Shown here: one piece after another, positions 12,251 to 25,133 of the stretch
Layout: the number at the start of each line of letters is the position of its first letter
How positions within the stretch are numbered: the first letter of the stretch is position 1
Assembly (NCBI GenBank): GCA_000320545.1
Contig: ADNK01002752.1
Coordinates: forward strand, 1-39,470
Source: Bigelowiella natans CCMP2755
Lineage: Eukaryota; Protista; Cercozoa
Direction: 5' to 3'
DNA: 39,470 bases
Made by a program: the position numbers and the translations under genes
The notes under the pieces: model-generated
Told to the model about the DNA's origin: nothing
Database searches by the model: none
Seen by the model: only the letters and a program-made list of their open reading frames with translations

Positions 12251-12392
12251 ACCTGCAGCAAATCAGTGGGCATTACACAACTTCTGAGGGAAGTGTAATA
12301 AAGAAGTTTATGACAAAACATTTCGCATTTCTCTGTCAAGCTGGCAAGTAGAGGTAAGTTACATTGTAAAATTAAGACTAAGCTCCAAAGTA

Positions 12393-15300
12393 TTAGCTTG
12401 GAGGAGGTGGTGGCGGGGGAGTCGACGCTGAAACAATGGAGGATGACCTTCGACGACGACCAACAACTTTTGGCATTGGTGGTGCACGTGATGAGGATGG
12501 TACGGAAAATGACTGAGATGGTGATCTGTACGATACAGAGGGTGGTGAAGGTGGATCACTTGAAAAACTGTTCTTTTTGCCTAAGTCTGCAATCGTTGGA
12601 TTTCGACTATGCAACACTCTTGAACTTTGTTGCTTTTTGTCTGTATTAAGTAATGCAGGATATTTGATTATAATCAATAAATGTAACATGCTTTATTACA
12701 TATCTCATGTTCAGTCGGTAAATATTGGTGCCAAATCAAGATCAAAGAATTTTGCTGCCAGTGCTTCATTTACCTTCTTGTAAGAATTTATTCGACACCT
12801 TTTTGTTTCGGGGTATCTTAGGGGGTATCTCTGGGGCTGAAGTTTCGTCATCTGTCTTACTATTAGCATCGGGTGAAGTATTTAGAGGACTAGAGACTTC
12901 ATCAACATTTGAAGGTGGTAGAGTCTTACGAGGCTTCACACGAGTTTTGGGATTAGCATGGGATCTATCGCCATTTTTAGATGATTCAGTACTGAAGGCA
13001 CTGCCATGTCTAAGTCTGGAAAAGCTTGCCAGCCGAGTTTTTAGATTTACATCCTTTAGTTGAGCCTCATAATCGCTCATGCATCTGTGAAAGAATATTG
13101 TGTCCATTGGTATCTGCCTGTTTAAATCGAGGGAACTTTGTACTTTTTTAGGGTTTGAACCCATCCATCTCGAGTGAGGGTGTTTGCAGCTCTAAATGTA
13201 AACGTTCGGCTCGGACGAGAGATCGTGAAAGTGTTTCCCTATGCAAAGCAAAGGAGTTCATAAACTGGAACACCGATCATTAAGAGATATAATATGTATA
13301 TCAGATAATTTTAGCGGATAAAGTGTTTACTATGAACACATCGTCAGTACCGGTCTCTTAAGGGTGTTTACTTTCACAGTGTCTGGCTCTAACTCAATCG
13401 CACCTAAAAAGGAGATGCCGAGGTGAAAAAACTAAATTGCAATAACCTCAATCCTCTATCCTACCAAGGATGTTTCCGCCATGTTTGTCAAGATATATCA
13501 GCAGGGGTGGATATAGACTTTGAGAGCGGGATAGGAGACGAAAATAACGATGCTTGAAATTAGAATTTCTCTCCCCTGATAATAAGATCTGATCAGAATG
13601 TTTTTTTCATTATTTTACCAGATCTTGAAATTACCCGTCTTTTCAAGAAACCCTTCGCCCAAACTTTTGAAGAGAACTCTATGGCAGGTACGCTTCTTAT
13701 CTCCGTGTTTATCAAAGGTTTTTTTTTTCCTTTCAAACGACTTAGAACTGTCAGCAAAATTACAATTCAACGTATTGTTGAGCATTGAACATTAGTAACT
13801 ACTGAGAATACTTTATCTTCGCATGGCTGCGGTGGTGACTTTGAGAGGCTTCCTTCCGTAAAATCGCTCCATTTGCTAGGCGGACATTTAGCACTTTCAA
13901 CGAATTTTCTGCTTCGTGAACCTTCACATGGCTTCTTATTTCCTCAAAATAATTAATCATCTGGGCGATACATTTGATCTGTGCATCCATATCTGACAAA
14001 ATGAGAAGATATCATAGGAAGGGTCAACACTTACATAACACATAGATAGTGTTACCTCTAAGAGTTGATGTGGAGCTGGGAAGCTTCTCCCGAAGAATAT
14101 TTGGAGCCCTACCAATATGGCACATTACTAGCTTTCTTGTTTTGATTTGACAAACTTGGCATTACCATACTATCGCCAAATTCGATGAGTTCATTTTGTT
14201 TTCATCAGAGTTCTGCACAATCTGGGAAATATTTCTCAATCAAGCTTATTTTTATTATACTATTATACTATGAATTAGGATTCGTAACTTGATGCATAAG
14301 AGCTAGAAGCTCCAACAATATTCCTCGATTCGGTTCTGACATTTGCCAAATTTCTGACGCATAAGCCACAGCAACTTCAACTCTAGAAACAAAATTTAGC
14401 ATTTATGTACATGAATTAGATTGTTGTTCAGTATCTACATTTAGCGTTATTCTGTGAATTAAATTTACAAAATCATCTGAAAGTGCCTCCTACCTTGATT
14501 TGAAGGCATGTTCCTTTTCGTTGTGTGAAGTTTTGCCGTACGTTATCATTGCTTTGTTCATCTATGGTTAGCACTGGTAACCTCACAAGTTGATTGCACG
14601 GTTTTTGGTCATAAAAAATTACCGTTCCTTTTTTAATGTTGATGCCATTTTCGGTTGCTGAATTTTCAAACTGCTTAACGGCTTTGGCAAGTCTCAGAAA
14701 GCGTGGATACAACTCAGAATGAATTAAGGGAGACGGAAGCTCTCGAAAATACCTATATTATCGCTGTCAACACACTACATCAATTGAATACGGTTGCAAG
14801 AAAACCTCTTCAAAATTTCAGTTGCTTGCGATGTTTGTACAATTTCTACTGGTATTCCTATAATGGTTTGACAGACAAACAGTACGTCAGCTTCCGTGCA
14901 AAATCGTTCGTCCACACATTTCTCCACCTTGATCATACTGCCGAATGGCAAGTTCAACTAATTTCTTATTGCCACTGATTCGAAAAATGCCCTCTTCTTT
15001 CAATCCATGCTGCCGTATATATCGAATGCACTGTAGAACAGGAATCGGATACTTTGTGTCGCTTTGTAGATTCTGAAAGTTTTTATTTGAGTTTCAAATT
15101 AGGACAGCCTTGAACAAAAGCTTTTGATTTCATTTTATAGCTAATGAAAGCACCGATTCTTTCAGTTCCGCACCAAATATATAACTTTTTGGCCTGGCTG
15201 CTTCCATGCCTTTTTCTAGAAGAGTGAGCTTAATATTAGAGTAAATATAATCGACTTTCTGTAATCCATACCTTCAGCTAGTCGAAGAGTTGAAAACCTG

Positions 15301-16988
15301 CTGCTCTTCTCCGATAGTCTCAGCGTTGAGAATCTACTTGTCGATGTATAGTCCGTTCGAATCGGACTGCCTGCATTCAGATATACAAAGCTTGTATTTA
15401 CAGAAAAATGTAAACTACGATTATGAACTCAACCGAGAGAGTTTGAAGATTGGAAAGTCAGGGAGGCAAGCGGCGTGTCAGGCTTTGAGTTGGATTTTAA
15501 TGTGTTTCGAATCACCTTATTTATCAATCGATATGTGATTGTTCATATTATATGTTGTTGCAACGTAGTTTTGGCTAACCTTTGCATTATGGAGGGGCTT
15601 GAATCGTATATGAAGCAACACCTCGCCACCGCATCCATTCCTGGAATTTATCTAATTCTTCATACTAAAGTTAATTAGAGATTGTTTTCGAGCAGTACCC
15701 ATTTTCCCTTCTTAGTGAAAACCATGTTCGAAGGCCCTCGTAGGATCCACTTATAATCTTGCATATGATGCACAGGTATTATATTTAGCCTGTTGATGAC
15801 TGGCGCACGTCAACACCTGATTCTCTGGAAGATAGCCAATCTCTTGACCATAAGAATTTGCTTCGAACGCTTTCACGGGTGTTCTTGAAGGTGGACGGCA
15901 TAATAATGTCAATAACAATGGAATTGATAGCCGAGACCTGAGGTTCAATAACTTTTTATAATACTCAAAATGAATAAAAAAAAACTGAATTTAGAATGGA
16001 CCTTCCAAGAACTTTATCTCCCAACATGTGAGATTCATAAATTTTGAAGCATAAAGCTTCGTCATCATAATGTAGATGGGTTCCCATAACATGATTCCAG
16101 ATTGGTACTTGGCCTCTGGTTTAATCATATCAGACGATTTGATGATAAGAACGTGAATGGGGAAAACACCAAATACCCATCTTTACAGACTGGAGTCTTC
16201 ATGATCCGTTTACTTTGAGCATTCCGATTTTCAATAGATATTTCCAAGTAAGATGAAGATATTCCACTAATAGGACGACATGTTCATTCTTATAGATTTT
16301 GATAATAACATTGAATGAACCCTGATATTGGTAGGCTGCGTCCCCTCACTACGAATACTTCGAGCTTTCCGGCAATTCCAACCAGACTTAGTGGACGAAA
16401 TATAGGGACCATTTCCCCTTGTTCGGAAGTATGAAAAGTCTAATCAATAGCACACATATGTCAGATTTTGCTCTTGTCATTTGATGTTCTCGGGTTGACC
16501 AGCTGGCTGGGAGGGATTTCTCTTCCAATCGCCGGATCATCAAATGCTAAGAATGTGAATTACACTTGGTTAATCAATTGTACAAAACACACAAATAGCA
16601 GAACAAAACGTTGGATCTTGTTTATGTACCTGAGAAATTAAACTTATCTCGGTTCCCTTCAACACACCTAATCTTCGCCTTAGCTTTCGACTCCTCAACA
16701 AAAAGCTCCATTCTCGACATATCAACTATAAACACGCCTGGAGCATCATCAACGCTAAAATGAACTTCACGCTCTCTGTACATTGTAACATAACGATCAA
16801 TGAGAAAATCTGGCAAGTCAAACGTAAACCGATCGTTTTATCGCTTTTGCTTACTTCTTCTCGTGTGCATCATTGAGCAGCAAATTCTCGTCTCGAGAAA
16901 ACGGTACCCATCCTCTCGGTGTCTTAAATTGCCACCTATATTCCCTTTGTATCGTGAGGAGGTCACCGAGCTCATCTTTGCTCTCCAT
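12393..16988 (-). CDS. Multi-exon WWE - C2 - RhoGAP - PH protein with Pro/Ser-rich tail
   Basis: Spliced translation gives WWE YRWQFKTPRGWVPFSRDENLLLNDAHEKK..GVFIVDMSRMEL..KIRC (16630-16940); C2 GKLEVFVVRGRSL..TPVCKDGGQVPIWN..GDKVLG..GEVLLHIRF (15580-16370); RhoGAP IFGAEL..CIRYIRQHGLKEEGIFRISG..LKRYFRELPSPL..NKMNSSNLAIVWAPNIL (13930-15190); PH EGFLEKTGERNSNFKHRYFRL..FTFRAANTLTRDGWVQTL (13150-13680). Introns are short GT-AG. Confidence 0.85.
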
Positions 16989-17398
16989 TGGAAAAGGCTG
17001 GAAGCAGCTCACGAAGGAGGAAGTGGGTTTTGAGGGGTTGTCCTCAATTTTGTCTCATTTCGGGAGAATCTAGGAATCAATGAGCATTTTTGTAGAAATT
17101 GCCTTAATTCCTGTAGAAAATAAAAATATTCAACATTTGTGCTATCTTCGTCACATTAAGACAAAAATCCCATGCTTTTTTGGGGAAGTGACAAGCAAAC
17201 CAGTAAACGCCACCTGTTCTTTTTTTTTTTTTCAGAACCCGATCCATCTTTTTCTTGCGACATTCCGAAAAGCCAGGCTTGACTAGTTAACTACAGGGTA
17301 CCGGTACTGGGACGATGAATGATCTGACGAATCCCACATCCGATCCTAGATCTACAGGATCAATCCCGGTAAATTAGGGCGACTTTCAAGCCAGAAAA

Positions 17399-17535
17399 TT
17401 CAAATTCAAAGTCTCTCGTACTCTGGTCGAAGTTACACTCGAAAAGGAAAATTCTGTTAAATTCACTATCTGCGACATCAAATTTGGTGGGAATTTACAA
17501 AAAATAGGAGTACCGCCACATAACACCTTCCCGCC
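17399..17535 (+). promoter_or_regulatory. Divergent promoter with E2F-like sites (tttggtgggaa 17483-17493, ttcccgcc 17528-17535) and CHR-like ttcaaa x2 (17399-17410)
   Basis: Motifs match the E2F (TTTSSCGC) and CHR (TTTGAA) consensus loosely and lie just upstream of a cell-cycle kinase. Short motifs can occur by chance. Confidence 0.4.
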
Positions 17536-17569
17536 CTCCCCCCCCATCACCCCTTGCAATAATCAAAAC

Positions 17570-18763
17570 ATGCTCGCGCAGTTCCTTCAAATGCAGAGCC
17601 TGGGGCCCGCCGATTTCTTTTCTACGGTGCCTCACACCAAGATAATGTCAAAACGAAGCCCTGTGAAAGTGCCCCTCGTTGGAGCAAAAAGAGAATACAA
17701 AGGGGAGATCGATCGTCGAGCGCGTAAGAGACCTCTGTTAAAGCCCCCTCCGACACCAAATCCCCGAGTACTGTCCCTTGCAAAGAGAAATTTAAAGCTC
17801 CTGACACACGAACATTTATTTGGAAAGTATCACGATTGCACCGACATCGAAATGGGAAGGCAGATAAGCAAAGGAAGCTTCGGCGAGGTGCGGATGGTTA
17901 CTTGCCGGCGAACAGGCGAGGTGCTAGTGTTGAAAAGGTCTCTAAAGCCCTTGATAGGGGAGGCTTCCTTGAAGCAGGAAAGAGCACACTCTAAAATACT
18001 GGCGCTATTTGCGAATAATTACCCCCATCTTCTTCGCCACCATGCAGCGTGGGTTGAGGAGGCCCACGTATACCTCATCACTGATTTATGTCCTGGCGGC
18101 GATCTTTTCATGAAGTTATCCAAGGGGCCCTTCTCCAACCAGGATAGCATCCGAATTGTGATGCTCGACGTGGGGAAGGGGCTGCAACGCTTGCACTCCA
18201 TGGGCTTTATACACGCCGACATAAAGCCTCAAAACATCTTCCTCGGCCCTGATGGAAGATATGTCATCGGCGATTTTGGCAATATGTGTCTAATAGGGGG
18301 AAACAGGGTTCCTGACATGGACTGCAGGTATAGGCCGAGAGAGACCCTGAATGGGACGCTGACCCCCTCGGCGGATACGTTTGGCCTGGGCCTTGTTCTG
18401 GTCGAGTGCGCAATGGAGGAGTCGCTTCCAAAGAGTGGGGAGCGATGGAGCGATATCAGAGATGGCCGCGGGCTGTTTTCGAGATGCAAAATTGATCTGT
18501 CCCTTGGGCTGAAGCGGATGATCGAGTCGATGCTGGCACCTGCTCCTGCCAAGCGCCCAACAGCAAGACAGGTTGTGGAGTTCGCCACCACCACCATCGA
18601 TGACGAAAAGATAGTCGGGGGGGAACCTAAAGAGAAGAGGGATTCCAAGACCAAAACTGTCTGTCAGCCTACTAGCAAAACAGCTATAGGTGCCAAAGAT
18701 GCGAAACCATGTAGAAAGCTGCCTGAGAGTCCTTCCCGTTCCAGATGCGTGTGTATATTGTAG
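17570..18763 (+). CDS. WEE1: Intronless Wee1/Myt1-family protein kinase
   Basis: 397-aa ORF with SKGSFGEV, VLKRS, AWVEEAHVYL, HADIKPQNIF, IGDFG, DCRY and the Wee1-type LPKSGERWSDIRDG motif. True start may be M at 17645. Confidence 0.85.
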   Translation: MLAQFLQMQSLGPADFFSTVPHTKIMSKRSPVKVPLVGAKREYKGEIDRRARKRPLLKPPPTPNPRVLSLAKRNLKLLTHEHLFGKYHDCTDIEMGRQISKGSFGEVRMVTCRRTGEVLVLKRSLKPLIGEASLKQERAHSKILALFANNYPHLLRHHAAWVEEAHVYLITDLCPGGDLFMKLSKGPFSNQDSIRIVMLDVGKGLQRLHSMGFIHADIKPQNIFLGPDGRYVIGDFGNMCLIGGNRVPDMDCRYRPRETLNGTLTPSADTFGLGLVLVECAMEESLPKSGERWSDIRDGRGLFSRCKIDLSLGLKRMIESMLAPAPAKRPTARQVVEFATTTIDDEKIVGGEPKEKRDSKTKTVCQPTSKTAIGAKDAKPCRKLPESPSRSRCVCIL

Positions 18764-19701
18764 AAGCCCCTTGGAAAAATGACAAGGGTGTGACACATCT
18801 AACGGATAGATGCCGCATGTGTATGCATCGAACGTGCGGGAAAGACATGCTTTCTATCGAGTTGTGTTTTGTGTGAATGTACATTATTAATAACAAGCTT
18901 CATTGGCTTTCGGTTTACTATCTATCATCTATGCAAGCAGATGTACACACTGTTAAATATTTACCATACATACATATGTTTGTACGTGCATGCATGCTAG
19001 CATGTGTCGCTCGAATAAGTAATACTTATACGCCACGTTCTTCTTGCGCGCGTCTTTCCTCGATCGTCCGCCTGCTGCATGCATATGATATATCCCTGTA
19101 GCCCTTCTAGCCTTATTAATATCGAGATATAGTCATGCAAAAGTCGTAGCATAGTGTCGTTGCGTCGTTGTAGTTACTACTGGCTACACCCCATTTTGTT
19201 GAATTCGTACGGTGACCTTTATTTAATCTTTTATTTTCCCCACATGTGTCATACAGCGCTAGCTATCTAGCTATGTGCGGACATTGCATCCATTGGATGT
19301 GTGGGCGTCCTAGCTGCCTAGTTCGCCTATCTAGCCATGCGCTGCGCGCTCTGCGCGCGCGCAGCGCATGCTAGCTTGCGCGATTCGCCATCACGATGAA
19401 AGCTAGCTAGAGTCACGCTAGCTAGGCAGATCTAGCATGCGCATCAAGATACATGTACAAGCGCTGTATCAGCACATTTTCCCCTTTGCACGCGGCTCTA
19501 ATTCGACGATCGAGACGTCATCGATATTGCACAATGCGTGCGTCCGCCGTGTGCGGCTGGGCGCTCATGCACAGCATCGCATGTCTAGATGTGCGTGCAT
19601 GTGCACTCAAGCCGTCGGGCAAAGAGCAATGGGCAATGAGTAAAGAATTAATTATAGACAACATAATACTATATAATATTTATGCATATAATATATATAC
19701 A

Positions 19702-19743
<42 letters not shown>

Positions 19744-20075
19744 GAATTACTATGTCTATTATATCATAAGCAATAAACGAAAGCCGATACAGCTAGACTG
19801 CACATGCATGCTAGAACGTACATGTACCTACATATCTTGGTTTGAGGCACTCATCCCTGGCCCGCGCGTGACATCATTTCATGAGCAAAAAACATGCAAT
19901 ATTTGCGCAGCCAGGACTCGAATTATTTGTCCTATTTGCTATTTTCTTTGGTCTCTGCACTGCCAAACATGCATACGCTCGATGTAGACGATGCTCCGAG
20001 TCTATAGCTCATAGTTCTGATTTTACCTTCTTCTTCTTCTTCTTCTTCTTCTTCTTCGTTAACTTTGCTGTCTTT

Positions 20076-20100
20076 TTATGCACATTTTTCTTTCCTCCAG

Positions 20101-20132
<32 letters not shown>

Positions 20133-20279
20133 TCCCCGTTGGTTTTGCATACCTAATCAGCAGTACCAGCCGGAAATATAACGGGATTATTGCGCCGATA
20201 AAGTTCCGCAACTTCGTTTATATGGAAATCACACGTTCACACAGCGTGCAGCTGCCAGTCGTATCGTCGTCGAGGGTGA

Positions 20280-20327
<48 letters not shown>

Positions 20328-20921
20328 ATTTAATATGATAGTTGCTATTACGTCTATATACTCCGAGCACATAGCCGTCGTTATATCGTGGCGGCCGACC
20401 TAAATCAAGAGCGCTGAGCATCAGAATGGCGCCCAAAGCGCGTGCATCATCGAACAGGCATAGCGGCGTTGGAAGACCGAACCATGATATCATCGATGTT
20501 CGCCGCAACTCTATTTGAGAATTTTTCTTGGTCCCCGGCTTCTAAGTAGTCCTCATACCTTTTTGTTTCAACAACCACAAAAGGGCCTTTGCAGTCACTA
20601 TATCTCTGCCAAGATGACCGCGCTCTTCTACGCATTCAAAACATTGAAAACACGAAAAGGCAAGATCGGCACCGACAAGTATGGTCACGCGTCTCGTTGG
20701 TGCCATAGCACCACGCAATAGATCAGGGACGCGTTTGTGAGATAGATGTGCGAATGATGATATTGCTGTTTGAACGTGTTTTCTCAGTGCGAAAACCAAC
20801 CAACCAGGTCTCGACGAAGCGCTCACAGGCCTGAAGGGAGCAATGGAAATGACATCAAAAATCAATTTGGAATCAGAACTGCGAGAGGACGCGCGCGGTG
20901 TGTAGTCATGTGTCATGGGTC

Positions 20922-20963
<42 letters not shown>

Positions 20964-21139
20964 GTTAATATATATACGTCCTCGATTCTTCCAGGGCAGA
21001 GATGTAGGAGTGCCAATTTTTCGCATATCGTCGTGAGAACATCAGCACCCTGTAGTATATTTCAACACAAATCGGGCGAATCATGAGAATATAATAGATA
21101 GTTTTTTGAAAATGTAATAGATAGTTTTTTGAAAATATA

Positions 21140-21217
<78 letters not shown>

Positions 21218-21778
21218 AGAGAGAGAGGAGAGAGAGAGATGTACGAGTGTATATGTGTTTTTGTATCGAGTACACACCCTAGCTGGAGTCACGGCTTTTT
21301 CCCGTGCTAGGATAACCTACAGCAGCAGCATGATGATGATAATGATAATAATAAATGATGATGATGATATCATCATATCATCATCATCACGACGACGAAT
21401 GTGCGCTTCTTTGGAAATGAGAATTCTCAGTGGCTTCATCGTCGGTCTTCTTCTCCCCCCCCCCTTGTTGCGTACATTTGCGTGAAAGAAGCTGTTCAAG
21501 CAATTCATCATCTCCATGGTAATTTCGCAACATCATGGAAATCGGAAAACCCCCTTTTTCAAGAGAACGATTGCATTCTTCTTCTTCTTCTTCTTCTTCT
21601 TCTTCTATCTCCCTATTATGATCCATAAACAGAGATTGCATCACCTTAAAATCCCACACAAACTCATGGCAGCCTCTACAGCTATCCCGAATCGTGTCCC
21701 TCCCCATAGCGTAGAACGTCTCGGGGCAAGCGCCGATCTTTGTAATAAGTCGCAGCAGCGATTGGACGGCGATGATGA

Positions 21779-21809
<31 letters not shown>

Positions 21810-22252
21810 TGATGGTGATTGCTCCTAGGGATGGTAATGGCTGTTTGCGTATATTGCTGTGATATTATTTATTACATCACGGCAGAAGGACTTCTGATGC
21901 TCAAACTTGAGAGTGTCGGATTTAAAGACGGTGGACTCGCCCCGTCCCTGGAGAATACGCGGAAGAACAACGGTCAAAAACTAGCTCGCGTGTGCTTTTG
22001 TGTGGGATGAAGAGGAAGGAGGGTGGGGAGAGTTGAGTCGCGTGCGTATTCGCTGGTTGTGAGGACGCGTGTCGAGTGTATATGCTACCGTAGCTTTCCT
22101 CGTGTCCTTCTCCCCCTCGATCTGCGACCAAAGGCAGCATAATGAGTGATGGATTTAGCTTCAAAGCAATACGGCAACAAGGATCCACCATTCTAATGGC
22201 AGCAAGACCTTATGTTCGCGGTTCATGAGAGGGCCGGTTAGCTGGATAGAGA

Positions 22253-22291
<39 letters not shown>

Positions 22292-22648
22292 AGTAATAGC
22301 GTTGGTGGTCTTGTGCCTATTTGTGTGGTGTGTGATGATGCTGCTGCTAAAGCTGCTCTTTGTGCTACTGTCATGGTGATTTGACAACATTCGTGCTCGA
22401 TCATGACGGTCGCGCTATCGATGATGAAAATGTGATGGCAGTAAGGCCACTTTTATGAAAAACGACGAACGAAAGCCCCAGAGAAGATTATCGGTTACTG
22501 TTACTGCAGCAGGATAACAATAACAGCTAAATCGAGAGGGAGCGAAGGAGGGGGGGGGGGGGGGGGGGGGGGCATCTTCCTGGCGACGGACAGTGGTAAG
22601 ATTCTTCGCCACGATTTGCTCACATCCAGTTCGAAAGAAATCCTAACA

Positions 22649-22680
<32 letters not shown>

Positions 22681-23202
22681 ACGAACAACATACACATCAC
22701 ACACTAACGACGGTACAAAGCCTACTACTCAAGACGTACAACACGCGCAGAAGAACCCCCCTCACCTTGTAGTACGGAAATGGCTTCTGCTTGCACATTT
22801 CCTCCGCCACCTTGTCGGCCTTGAGGTCTAACGAATGTGTCTCTTTCGCCTACACCGATGGCCGAAATGGGAATGTTTGAACGAATGAATGCTTCATGAA
22901 GAACTCATCCCATCATAGCTGATGCGACGAATGCGGAGCCCTGACCTTGCTTTCGGCGTACTCGAAGAGGGCTTCGACGGTCGCGACGCACGACTTGCAA
23001 AACTGGCCCTGTGGTCATCATCAACATCATCATCCATCCACTGTTTCCGAAAGCTCTCTAGGAAGACCGACAATGACAGCTACGACGACGAGGAGAGGGG
23101 GAAGATCGTAACCTGGGTCATCGTGATGGTCTTGGAAGTCGCAGTAGTGAATAAGCAGCATATCAGCAGGGCGACGGAGGGGAGCACGCGCACCGCCGCC
23201 AT
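20076..23202 (-). CDS. Signal-peptide protein with two saposin-like (SapB/Canopy-type) domains and a polybasic C-terminus
   Basis: MAAVRVLPSVALLICCLFTTATS signal; spliced exons GQFCKSCVATVEALF, VAEEMCKQKPF, GCEQIVAKN, KSFCRD/IGAC, then DSCRGCHEFV, VLTTICEKL, ACERFVETW, AMCSEYID/VCKTNGEKKKKKKRKKTGGKKKCA*. The six-Cys saposin spacing occurs twice. Some internal exons are uncertain. Confidence 0.7.
21092..21136. repeat. 23-bp tandem duplication taatagatagttttttgaaaat(g/a), intronic
   Basis: Two adjacent near-identical copies read directly. Confidence 0.8.
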
Positions 23203-23607
23203 CTGCGCGTTTACTGAATCAGTGAAGGGGGCGGCAGATACTCAGCAGAAATGCAATGGTGCCACGCCCGAGAAAACATCGAGGATTTTTTGTCTACGAC
23301 ATGATCCATTTGCCATTTTTTTGGGGAAGAAAACCATAGGTGTTTTCTCGGTCCTTTTAGTGCCTCGGAAACATTGATGAGAACCATTGGAACTAATTCC
23401 TGGAGTTCCCTTTCCCTTTCTGATTTTAAAAAAAAATCCATCGGGAGAACATCATCTGCTTCTCGTTTCAACCGAAACTCTCTCCGATGGCCTTGATCTT
23501 CTTGATGCGACACGATTGTGATCTTGTCGCAGGTCGCATTTGTAAAGACCAGTACGAGAATTTTCCACTGCTCACAATCCACACCAGCTTCCCCCCAAAA
23601 AACGCGA

Positions 23608-24276
23608 ATGAAGAACCTGGAGAGCGGAGCAGGAGATGAGGATGATACATTGAAATCTGATGTTTCTGTCCCTAGAGGAACTGCAGATGATGATAGCAAG
23701 CGAAGGGGCGACCCAAAAATCAAGGAATGGGAGGATGGCAAACAGATAGTAGCGACCTCATCGGGGGGTAGAGACGAGAGCCCTGATTCGCTTCAGTGGC
23801 ACGGGACAATGGCAATCGTGGGATGGAAGAAACCGAAATGCGTTGCACGCTCGGATGAAGAAAACCGGCCAGGGTTATCATATCACACACAAATAAAACA
23901 GCTAAGAAAAATCCATAAAAATAATGCTACTTTCACAGCGCTGTAAACACGCTCGTTCATGCGCTTTTTATCAGAATATAACTTTGTTCTCATACTTTTT
24001 TCCTCGACATCGTTTTATCCAGCTATCAGAGCATGGAGGCTAGCGAATACATGGATGCAAGGGAGACGCTCAAAGCAAAAGTCACGCGTGATATCCAATC
24101 AATTCAAATCAAAGGCGTTATTCTTCCTTCGTCCAGGTTCAAATACTCGCTGAAATGATAAAGTCTTCGGAGAGGTGTTGCGTATATACAGGAGCAGGAA
24201 TTTCAACCGCGAGCGGCATTGGAGACTATGCAAGCAAGGTAACGGTGATTGTGTTTCTGACATCTTTACGTCTCTG

Positions 24277-24311
<35 letters not shown>

Positions 24312-25070
24312 GCTCTCTGTCTCTTCTATAAATATACTATGTGTTTCGAATGTGTGTGATAAGTTGATGCATGTGTGTATATACGCATGTAATACAATCT
24401 GAATAGGCAAAGGGCTCGCGAGCGATGCAGCAAATGCATAAAAATGCCAGAGGGAAGAGGGCCAATAGGTGTTTAACTTCTATGTATGCGGGCGAGAAAG
24501 AAAAGACCAAATAGTGGTGATGCCACAGTCTGCACGCGAGGGGGGGGGGTGAAGAATACCTGAGACATAGGCTATGTACGCGTGAGGGGGTGATAAATAT
24601 CTAAGATTCTCGTCGTGAGGTCCTTCCTTACAAGCGCAACTGAAACGTAAACAAATAGGTTGGAGCTTCGACCTACGTACTCGCACCACCTAATATCGGC
24701 GTGTGAGAGGAAGGGATACGTGAAACACTGGTAGTAATCAATTCAAGTTCGCCTCCTCCCCTAACCCCTCCCCCGTGCCGCCGCCCTCCCCCATCTCCAT
24801 TCTGGAAAGATAGCGTGTGGGTCGAAAAGTGTACTCTCTTCTATTAACCACGCATTCATCTGTATATTCTGATTTGAGAACTTATCTCGTTTGTTGGCCG
24901 CAACAGGCTTCAGCAAAACCATGATCGCCTCTCTCAAAAGGCAGGGTAGCTATAATGCCAGTGATGGTGGTGGTGGCGGTGATGATGGTGATGATGATAG
25001 TGCAACCATCCCTCGCTCTTAGTAAGCAGTTTCAAGCATCAACACACGCACGCATGCACGCACGCACGCG

Positions 25071-25133
<63 letters not shown>

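Larger units (their letters stand above)
7786..12268 (+). mobile_element. Putative inserted element (~4.46 kb) flanked by 12-bp direct repeat agcaaatcagtg; class unknown
   Basis: Identical 12-mer at 7786-7797 and 12257-12268, near where the composition changes. Interior is microsatellite-free, has CTAG-rich ends and carries a viral/TE-like ORF. No TIR, LTR, polyA, RT or transposase was recognised. Confidence 0.45.

Noticed and set aside
11550-12256. Helitron 3' end (CTAG plus hairpin)
   Set aside because: CTAG is scattered throughout rather than terminal, no Rep/helicase is present, and Helitrons make no target-site duplication
18746-18763. CaaX prenylation signal on the kinase (CVCIL*)
   Set aside because: Cysteines are at -5 and -3, not -4; not a canonical CaaX
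23518-23946. Standalone 142-aa ORF
   Set aside because: It is exon 1 of the sirtuin running into an intron
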